A stretch of DNA of 22,826 nt, from assembly GCA_034408725.1 (NCBI GenBank), contig JAWXCN010000040.1:1-22826 (forward strand), given 5' to 3'. The notes under the pieces were generated by a model, which did no database searches, had not been told where the DNA came from, and saw nothing but the letters and a program-made list of their open reading frames with translations. The DNA comes from Candidatus Hydrogenedentota bacterium. Lineage in GTDB: Bacteria; Hydrogenedentota; Hydrogenedentia; Hydrogenedentales; SLHB01. This document shows, piece by piece, positions 8,009-14,393 of the stretch. How positions within the stretch are numbered: position 1 is the first letter of the stretch; each line of letters opens with the position of its first letter. Both the position numbers and the translations under genes were made by a program.

Positions 8009-9256
8009 ATGCAGGAAATGCGGCTCGGGTTCATTGGCGGCGGGTTTATTGCCCGGTTTCAGGCCATGGCATTGCGTTCGGTGCGCGGAGCGCGTCTCAC
8101 GGGCATCTACGCGCCGCGCAACCCCGGCGCATTCGCGGCACACGCCGCAAGCATTGGACACGATGATTGCGCGGTCTACAAAAGCGTCGCGGACCTCTGC
8201 AACCACTGCGACGCTGTCGCTGTATTTGCGCCAAATCACGCGCGGCTGGAAATCTTCGGCCAGATCGCCGATGCGGCGAAAGCCGGCGCGCAACTCAAAG
8301 GCGTCATCTGCGAAAAACCGCTGGGACGCACCATCGCCGAAGCGAAGGAAATCGTCCAGTTGATGAAGGACGCCAAACTGCCTACCGCGTACTTCGAAAA
8401 TCAGTTGCACATGAAGGCAATCAAATCTTCCATCGCGCAGCTCGCGCCCGTTGCGAAGGAAATGGGGCCGCTCGCGTTGGCGCGGTCTTCGGAGGAACAC
8501 GCAGGCCCGCACGAAGGCTGGTTCTGGGACCCGACGCGGCAAGGAGGCGGTGTACTCTCTGATATGGGTTGCCACAGCATCGCCGTGTCGTGGTTTGTGC
8601 TCACCCCGCACGGACAGTCCCCCACGTATTTGAAGCCAGTCGCCGTGAACGCGGAGGTGGCGCTGCTCAAATGGGGACTTCCCAAGTATAGACAGGACCT
8701 GTTGCAACGCATGGGCGTAGATTACGCGAAAACGCCCGCGGAAGATTTCGCCACCGGCATGCTCACCTTTGAACATCCAGACTCCAGCCAGCGCGTCAAG
8801 GCACAGTTCACCAACTCATGGATGTACGACAAACAGGGCCTGCGCCTCGCAATGGATGGACTCGGGCCCGGCTATGCCTTCGAGTTGAATACTTTGAAGT
8901 CGCCCCTTGAAATCTTCATTGGCGACGCCGCGGCGGAAGCCGTCGCAAACGCCGAAGTCGCGCTCGAAAAATCAACGGCATCGCGCGGCCTGTTGACTGT
9001 TCAACCCAATGAAGCGGATTTGTATGGATACGTCGATGAACTGGAAGACGCGGTGCAAGCTTTTTCGCAAAATAAAGACGCATTCCTGAATTTGGATTAC
9101 GGCCTCGAAATCACGCGATTGTGCCAGGCAGCGTACTTTTCGGCGGAGAAGGGACGCGCGATTGATTTGGAGGACCTCGCGACCCAGCGGGAGCTGGATA
9201 CCTACGTCTCCCTTATTGCGCAAGGCAAGGGCCAAGACCAACTCAACGCGCATTGA
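8009..9256 (+). CDS. Gfo/Idh/MocA family NAD(P)-dependent oxidoreductase
   Basis: RLGFIGGGFIA Rossmann start, VICEKPLG, WFWDPTRQGGGVLSDMGCH; SD-like AAGGGG before ATG 8009. Confidence 0.92.
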   Translation: MQEMRLGFIGGGFIARFQAMALRSVRGARLTGIYAPRNPGAFAAHAASIGHDDCAVYKSVADLCNHCDAVAVFAPNHARLEIFGQIADAAKAGAQLKGVICEKPLGRTIAEAKEIVQLMKDAKLPTAYFENQLHMKAIKSSIAQLAPVAKEMGPLALARSSEEHAGPHEGWFWDPTRQGGGVLSDMGCHSIAVSWFVLTPHGQSPTYLKPVAVNAEVALLKWGLPKYRQDLLQRMGVDYAKTPAEDFATGMLTFEHPDSSQRVKAQFTNSWMYDKQGLRLAMDGLGPGYAFELNTLKSPLEIFIGDAAAEAVANAEVALEKSTASRGLLTVQPNEADLYGYVDELEDAVQAFSQNKDAFLNLDYGLEITRLCQAAYFSAEKGRAIDLEDLATQRELDTYVSLIAQGKGQDQLNAH

Positions 9257-9403
9257 TCCTTGTATACCGGCGAGCACAGGTACGAAAAATATGGTCGCGA
9301 TGAAAAAATGCGCTGCGTTTGGCAAACGAGACGCTACGACGAGCACGATGACGATTGCGAGCAAGCGGGCTCATGTTGAATGAGGTAGAAGTCCGTTTGT
9401 CAT
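9257..9403 (-). pseudogene. Possible remnant of a membrane-protein gene
   Basis: ATG 9403 reads MTNGLLPHST*ARLLAIVIVLVVASRLPNAAHFFIATIFFVPVLAG, with two hydrophobic segments after an in-frame TGA (9373-9371); the frame then runs antisense into the oxidoreductase. Confidence 0.25.
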
Positions 9404-9412
9404 GCACTCGAT

Positions 9413-9448
9413 AAAAAATGCGCTACCGCCCATCGGGCCGATAGCGCA
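9413..9448 (-). terminator. Rho-independent terminator
   Basis: Minus strand TGCGCTATCGGCCC-GAT-GGGCGGTAGCGCA-TTTTTT; the G-U pair and T-tract both indicate the minus strand. Confidence 0.8.
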
Positions 9449-9590
9449 CTCGTCAGAGGGTAAGACCTTAAGGACCGTTATTTCCTATGGCGGTGGGATT
9501 AGTCCGCCGGTGCTTCCAGGTGTAACGTGCCTTGGCCTTGTAATGGTATTGACATCCGTGTCACACACCGCGACGTCCCTGTCTTGGCTT
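9413..9590 (-). ncRNA. Candidate structured small RNA or attenuator leader (about 175 nt), family not recognised
   Basis: Lies between a promoter-like sequence and a terminator with no long same-strand ORF; 5' AAGAC/AGGGAC can pair with 3' GTCCTT/GTCTT; internal hairpins TGACA-CGGA-TGTCA and GGCGG..CCGCC. Confidence 0.5.
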
Positions 9591-9593
9591 ACA

Positions 9594-9622
9594 AACATAC
9601 TATCGGCAGAAATTTATTGTAA
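9594..9622 (-). promoter_or_regulatory. Putative sigma-70 promoter for the candidate RNA
   Basis: TTACAA (9622-9617), 17 nt AT-rich spacer, TATGTT (9599-9594). Confidence 0.5.
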
Positions 9623-9800
9623 CTTTAGCGGGAAACGTCGAGCGCGCCGGAGAACCATATCCCTTCATAAATTTCCGCTGTAGCGTCCGTTGCGCATAAA
9701 AGAAGAGCGCCACAACTATGGGATTGTGGCGCCACTCAGGAGGGAAATGCATTTTACGCTCTTGTCACGGACATGTGCAGGGATGGGACACATGCCCGCT

Positions 9801-9977
9801 ATGGAATCGCGCGGAGATTTTGTCCGCGGAAAAATGCGAGAGTTGGACGCTTGCGCGGCCAACCTCGGGTTCAACTTTCGCGACATCCGTGTCTTCGGGG
9901 GCCTTGGCCTCCGTGCCTTGGCGTCTACACTATGTATCGGCGGATTCGCCGGAATCTTGAGCCGAATTCCATTCTGA
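9801..9977 (+). CDS. Hypothetical small protein (58 aa) with hydrophobic Gly-rich C-terminal half
   Basis: MESRGDFVRGKMRELD...VFGGLGLRALASTLCIGGFAGILSRIPF; fills otherwise empty space; alternative start 9747 follows AGGAGG at short spacing. Confidence 0.3.
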   Translation: MESRGDFVRGKMRELDACAANLGFNFRDIRVFGGLGLRALASTLCIGGFAGILSRIPF

Positions 9978-9980
9978 TTT

Positions 9981-10008
9981 TTGTTGTGGATTCGCTTCCT
10001 GCTACAAT
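9981..10008 (+). promoter_or_regulatory. Extended -10 sigma-70 promoter for rmlD-rmlB
   Basis: TTGTTG, 16 nt spacer ending in TGc, TACAAT (10003-10008), about 30 nt before ATG 10038. Confidence 0.55.
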
Positions 10009-10037
10009 CCCGCGTGTTTGGGGCTCGAGAGAACAAA

Positions 10038-10886
10038 ATGCGAGTATTGATTCTCGGAGCAGGCGGGCAACTTGGACGCGACCTGCTCCGCATTTTCCGC
10101 GCAGACTATCACGTCGTCGCGTTAACGCACGCACAACTGAATATTGTAGAAGGCGAATCGGTGCAGCTTGCCGTACGCGACGCGCGGCCCGATCTCGTAT
10201 TGAACGCGGCGGCGTACACGGACGTGGAGAAGGCCGAAGACAATGAGCGCACCGCGTTTCACGTGAACGCAAACGGCGCGCAACGGATCGCGGAAGCGTC
10301 CGCCGCGCTGGAAGTGCCGGTTGTATACTTCAGCACGGATTTTGTGTTCGACGGAACGAAGGACAAGCCGTATGGGCCGACAGACACTGCGAATCCCACG
10401 AGCGTGTACGCGAAGTCAAAGTTGCGGGGAGAAGAAAATACTCGCTGGCACAATCCACAGTCGTTCGTCATTCGCACGGCATGGCTTTATGGTCCGGGCG
10501 GAAACAATTTCGTCGAAAAGATAGTGTCCGCGGCCGGGTCGCGGCCGTCTTTGAGAGTGGTGGACGACGAATTTGGTTCACCAACGTACACGCGCGACCT
10601 CGCGGAGGCGGCGCATGCGCTTGTGCAAACCAGGGCGTATGGCATCTATCACGCCGTGAACGAGGGGTCCTGTTCCCGCTTCGAATTTGCCCAGGCCATT
10701 GTGAAGGAAGCTGGATTGAGCACGCCCGTTGAACCGTGCCCCGCGTCGGAGTATCCGATGAAAGCGGCGCGGCCCCGGTATTCGGTATTGTCGAACGCTA
10801 AACTTGAATCGGCATGCGGCATGGTTATGCCGCACTGGCGCGATGCGCTGGCGCGCTATATGAAGCAAAGGGAGATGGCAGCATGA
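10038..10886 (+). CDS. rmlD: dTDP-4-dehydrorhamnose reductase
   Basis: MRVLILGAGGQLG, NAAAYTDVEKAE, STDFVFDG, YAKSKLRGE, IRTAWLYG, DEFGSPTY, ARPRYSVL. Confidence 0.95.
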   Translation: MRVLILGAGGQLGRDLLRIFRADYHVVALTHAQLNIVEGESVQLAVRDARPDLVLNAAAYTDVEKAEDNERTAFHVNANGAQRIAEASAALEVPVVYFSTDFVFDGTKDKPYGPTDTANPTSVYAKSKLRGEENTRWHNPQSFVIRTAWLYGPGGNNFVEKIVSAAGSRPSLRVVDDEFGSPTYTRDLAEAAHALVQTRAYGIYHAVNEGSCSRFEFAQAIVKEAGLSTPVEPCPASEYPMKAARPRYSVLSNAKLESACGMVMPHWRDALARYMKQREMAA

Positions 10887-11890
10887 AACGCATCGTGGTC
10901 ACGGGGGGCGCGGGCTTTATCGGATCGAACTATGTCCGGCATGCGCTGAATACCTATCCGGACCTGCACATTGTAAACGTTGACAAGCTCACCTATGCGG
11001 GCAATCTCGAGAACCTGAAAGGCGTGGGCGCCGCGCGCCACACGTTTATCAAGGCGGACATCGCGGATGCCGTGGCGATGGAACACGCAATGCAAGGATG
11101 CGACGCGATTGTAAATTTTGCGGCGGACAGCCACGTGGACCGCAGCATCATGGAGGCCAGCGATTTCATCGCCACGAACGTGCGCGGCGTTCACAACATT
11201 CTTGAGGCCGCAAAAAAGTTGGGCACGAAGCGCGTTTTGCTTGTTTCGACCGATGAGGTGTATGGAAGCATCGACAAGGGGTCGTTCAAGGAATCGGACC
11301 CGGCGAACCCGCGTAATCCGTATTCGGCGAGCAAGGCCGGCGGCGAGCTGTTGGGGATGTCGTATTTCCACACGTTTAATTTGCCGGTCATCATTACACG
11401 TGGCTCGAACACGTATGGCCCATACCAGTATCCGGAGAAAGTGCTTCCACTTTTTGTCACGAATGCCATCGACAATGAACCCGTGCCGCTATACGGCGAT
11501 GGAAAGAATGTGCGCGATTGGTTGTACGTCGAAGACCACGCGCGCGGCATCGATCATGCCCTGCGCCATGGAGAGCCGGGAAACATCTACAATATCGCGG
11601 GTGAAAACGAGCGCGAAAATATCGTGTTGACGCACCGCATTTTGAAGGAAGCCGGTAGAGGGCCGGAACTCATCAAGCCGGTAAAAGATCGCGCGGGACA
11701 TGATCGCCGTTACTCCATCGATTCGAGCAAGCTCAAGGCGCTGGGTTGGGAACCGCTTACCGAATGGGATGAAGGCATCGCTTCGACGGTGAAGTGGTAC
11801 CGGGATAACGAGTGGTGGTGGCGTCCAATTAAAAGCGGCGCATTCAGGGAATATTACAAGCGGCAGTACGAGGACCGCGAAACGGACTGA
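10883..11890 (+). CDS. rmlB: dTDP-glucose 4,6-dehydratase
   Basis: VTGGAGFIGSN, DKLTYAGNLENL, FAADSHVDRSI, VSTDEVYGS, PYSASKA, YGPYQYPEK, RDWLYVEDH, GHDRRYSID; ATGA overlap with the rmlD stop. Confidence 0.96.
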   Translation: MKRIVVTGGAGFIGSNYVRHALNTYPDLHIVNVDKLTYAGNLENLKGVGAARHTFIKADIADAVAMEHAMQGCDAIVNFAADSHVDRSIMEASDFIATNVRGVHNILEAAKKLGTKRVLLVSTDEVYGSIDKGSFKESDPANPRNPYSASKAGGELLGMSYFHTFNLPVIITRGSNTYGPYQYPEKVLPLFVTNAIDNEPVPLYGDGKNVRDWLYVEDHARGIDHALRHGEPGNIYNIAGENERENIVLTHRILKEAGRGPELIKPVKDRAGHDRRYSIDSSKLKALGWEPLTEWDEGIASTVKWYRDNEWWWRPIKSGAFREYYKRQYEDRETD

Positions 11891-12178
11891 TGCGGCGGCG
11901 AATATACGGAATACGAATATCGATTACGAGCGTGAATCGCGCATCGACGACCGCGGCTGGATTGTCCTACGTCGGGGGATTCCCTGGGGCAGGGTAGGGG
12001 ATACGCACCTTTTTTCGATCCTATCGCATTATGTACCATCTTATAGTCTGTAACGGGTTGCCAATCGTAGTTGTACTATTGGCGGTGGGGTGCGTCTGAC
12101 CATCGGGTGAACTCAAGTTCTTGAAACGCGTTATGCACGAGTGTGGTCTAACGGCTGCGCAACGAGGGAAGAGAAAAC

Positions 12179-13342
12179 GTGAGCAGCAATAATAACCGCC
12201 CCGCAATTGTACTTACTGGCGCCACCGGAATTCTGGGTAGCGCACTCCTCGCGGAATCCATCCTCCGCGGTTACCGCCCAATCGCGATTATGCGCGACCG
12301 CACGACGGAACAGGCGCGTGTGCGTTTGCGCGCGGTATTGAGCGTATATGGTTTGCGGCATGCCGCGGATGACGTCAGCATCGCGCATGGCGACGTGCGG
12401 CGTCCGTGGTTGGGTATGGACCCGCGCACCGCGGCCGGCGTATTGGGTTGCGCGCGCGCGGTAGTTCATTGCGCCGCATCCACCAGTTTTGATCCCCGCA
12501 ACAGTCATGATGTGTGGGATGCGAATGTGGGCGGGGCGTCCAACGTCATCGAATTTCTTGAACAACGGCGGGTGCCGCTGTACCACGTGAGCACGGCATA
12601 TGTCGCGGGCGCGCGTTCGGGCGTGGCGTACGAAACCGAGCTTGATGATCGGCATGGGTTCACGAACGCTTATGAGCGCAGCAAATGGTTCGCCGAAGCG
12701 ACGGTGCGCGCGGCATTCGATCGCGGCAGTGTGCGCGGAGCGATTTTCCGTCCGGGCATCATTGTAGGTTCCAGCGAAGACGGTGCGATCACCGATTTCC
12801 AAAACGTTTACGGTTTCCTTCGCCTGATCCACCTTGCACAGACAAGGCTGGCCAACCGGGCGGGCACGGTGCGCCTGGAAGGCGATGCATCGACCCCCTG
12901 CAATTTTGTGCCCGTCGATTGGACGGCGAAAGCGCTGTGGCACATCGTTGAAAACGAAGGCGCCAGCAATCAGACGTATCATCTCACTGATGCCAGCGGG
13001 GTGACGCTCGGCGACATGCTAAGCTGGGTCAATACATTCCTCGAAGACACGGGCATGCGGTTCGAACTCGTGCGCGAACTTTCAGGTTCGCTCCACGCGC
13101 TCGAGCAAATGGCGCGGTCCGCATTCCAGTATTACCGTCCGTATGCGTTTCGCCAACCTCGATTCAACATGAACAATACGCTTCGCGCGACGCAGGCGAC
13201 CCTGCCGTTGCCTACGGTACAGCATGACTCCTTTGACCGGCTCTTTCAGTTTGCGCGGTCGCGCCGCTGGAAAGGGGCGTTGGCAAGCGCGCATTCGCCC
13301 CAGGTGTCCGCGCCGCTTCGTCCACAGGCGCTTCCCGCTTAG
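12179..13342 (+). CDS. Extended SDR, NAD_binding_4 (fatty acyl-CoA reductase / thioester reductase-like)
   Basis: LTGATGILGS, HGDV, VVHCAA, HVSTAYVAG, YERSK (YxxxK), FRPGIIVG, NFVPVDW; SD-like GAGGGA before GTG. Confidence 0.88.
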   Translation: MSSNNNRPAIVLTGATGILGSALLAESILRGYRPIAIMRDRTTEQARVRLRAVLSVYGLRHAADDVSIAHGDVRRPWLGMDPRTAAGVLGCARAVVHCAASTSFDPRNSHDVWDANVGGASNVIEFLEQRRVPLYHVSTAYVAGARSGVAYETELDDRHGFTNAYERSKWFAEATVRAAFDRGSVRGAIFRPGIIVGSSEDGAITDFQNVYGFLRLIHLAQTRLANRAGTVRLEGDASTPCNFVPVDWTAKALWHIVENEGASNQTYHLTDASGVTLGDMLSWVNTFLEDTGMRFELVRELSGSLHALEQMARSAFQYYRPYAFRQPRFNMNNTLRATQATLPLPTVQHDSFDRLFQFARSRRWKGALASAHSPQVSAPLRPQALPA

Positions 13343-13483
13343 GGTCTCTCGCGGAGCAAATGAGGCAGGCTGGGCATGGTCTGCCGGATTTGGGCGCATT
13401 CTGACCTTCCCACCCTTGCGAAGTTGATTCTGTAACCCTTTTTATGTCACATGATTGTGTGCGGACCGCGATTGAGCGGACTT

Positions 13484-13500
13484 CCGGCACGCGCATTGCT
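13484..13500 (+). promoter_or_regulatory. Sigma-54 (-24/-12) promoter
   Basis: CCGGCACGCGCATTGCT matches consensus TGGCACG-N4-TTGCW with exact GG-N10-GC spacing, 40 nt upstream of the Hsp20 start. Confidence 0.7.
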
Positions 13501-13540
13501 CTGTCTATTGAACAGGAGAGTGCATCTGGAGCACTAAATT

Positions 13541-14281
13541 GTGACGGACACGAATGACCAGTTGGCTCATGATCCCGCCGCGGGAAGGGCGCTTGCAAAA
13601 CAACGCGCGCTGAATGCGCTGACGTTTCTGTTGGCCGTTGCGGTGTGTTGCGAAGGTTATCTGCTTTGGGAAATGAGCGGGCGCGTTGATGACGCAATGA
13701 TGAAGCTGGGGCAACTCGAACGGAACGGCACCGCCGCGGACTGGAAAGTAATCCCAACACCGGATGGCGATACACAGGCCGGGCGCAATCTGCAATCCCA
13801 GCCCCTTGATTCCCTCCTGGATCCCTTTGCCCAGACTGATCCCCTGTACTGGGACCCCCTCGCTGATTTGGACCGCGCGCGCCATGAAATGGATCTGTTC
13901 ATGCTGCAGATGCGGCCGGATTCGATCTTATACCTGCCGCGCGTGGAAGGTATTATCCGGAAAACGTCTCCGTCTCAAAGCCTCCGTGTGGAAGACGCCG
14001 GCGACTCGTACGTCGCGACAGTAAATTTGCCCGGCGTGGATGAGTCGGATGTCAGCGTCACCGTTTCGGAAATGACGCTGATAATCTTGGTCAAACAGGA
14101 GCGCGGTACAGCGAAAATACCCGGCGGGCAATCGTCCCGTCATGAGCGCGTGAGCGGACAATCGGTCTGGAGAATGCAACTCACCGATGCCGTCGATGAG
14201 ACCGGAATTAAATCCTGTCTGAAGGACGGCCTGCTTACGATTACGATTCCGAAACTGTCGAGGTCGGCCAACATCCGGTAG
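13541..14281 (+). CDS. Hsp20/alpha-crystallin family protein with N-terminal transmembrane segment
   Basis: C-terminal VEDAGDSYVATVNLPGVDESDVSVTVSEMTLII...DAVDETGIKSCLKDGLLTITIPK; N-terminal KQR followed by ALNALTFLLAVAVCCEGYLLW; DPLADLDRARHEMD sHSP-type helix; GGAG SD. Confidence 0.88.
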   Translation: MTDTNDQLAHDPAAGRALAKQRALNALTFLLAVAVCCEGYLLWEMSGRVDDAMMKLGQLERNGTAADWKVIPTPDGDTQAGRNLQSQPLDSLLDPFAQTDPLYWDPLADLDRARHEMDLFMLQMRPDSILYLPRVEGIIRKTSPSQSLRVEDAGDSYVATVNLPGVDESDVSVTVSEMTLIILVKQERGTAKIPGGQSSRHERVSGQSVWRMQLTDAVDETGIKSCLKDGLLTITIPKLSRSANIR

Positions 14282-14325
14282 CGTCCCGTCCGCAACCGAT
14301 CTCCCCCCTCGAAATCTCCCTATCC

Positions 14326-14372
14326 AAAAAAAACTCGCGGGACACTCGCCTTACGCGTGCGAATGCCCCGCG
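14326..14372 (-). terminator. Rho-independent terminator of the prepilin/TPR unit
   Basis: Minus-strand 14 bp stem CGCGGGGCATTCGC/GCGAGTGTCCCGCG (2 G-U pairs), followed by AG and T8. Confidence 0.8.
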
Positions 14373-14393
14373 GAAACTTTCCGGATCAGTCCA

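Noticed and set aside
3751-9373. TGA recoding, suggested by in-frame TGAs at 3753 and 9373
   Set aside because: hemF, the oxidoreductase, rmlD (ATGA overlap) and rmlB all end at TGA at the expected positions, so the standard code applies.
9465-9482. TAACGGTCCTTAAGGT resembles the 23S rRNA I-CeuI site region
   Set aside because: Short imperfect match with no flanking rRNA similarity.
9413-9590. Assignment of the candidate RNA as 6S or SRP RNA
   Set aside because: The closing stem spans only about 125 nt, with no clear 6S central-bubble rod; GGAAGCA is present but the SRP GNRA-capped helix is not.
11898-11935. gaatat/gaatac/gattac short degenerate repeats after rmlB
   Set aside because: Too short and irregular to support a call.
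12109-12120. GAAC-N4-GTTC as a Gram-positive-type LexA box
   Set aside because: Eight specified bases can occur by chance in 23 kb, the downstream gene is not an SOS gene, and this lineage's LexA motif is unknown to me.
12144-12158. GG-N10-GC upstream of the SDR as a sigma-54 promoter
   Set aside because: Poor -24 match, and the implied start site would exclude the SD sequence.
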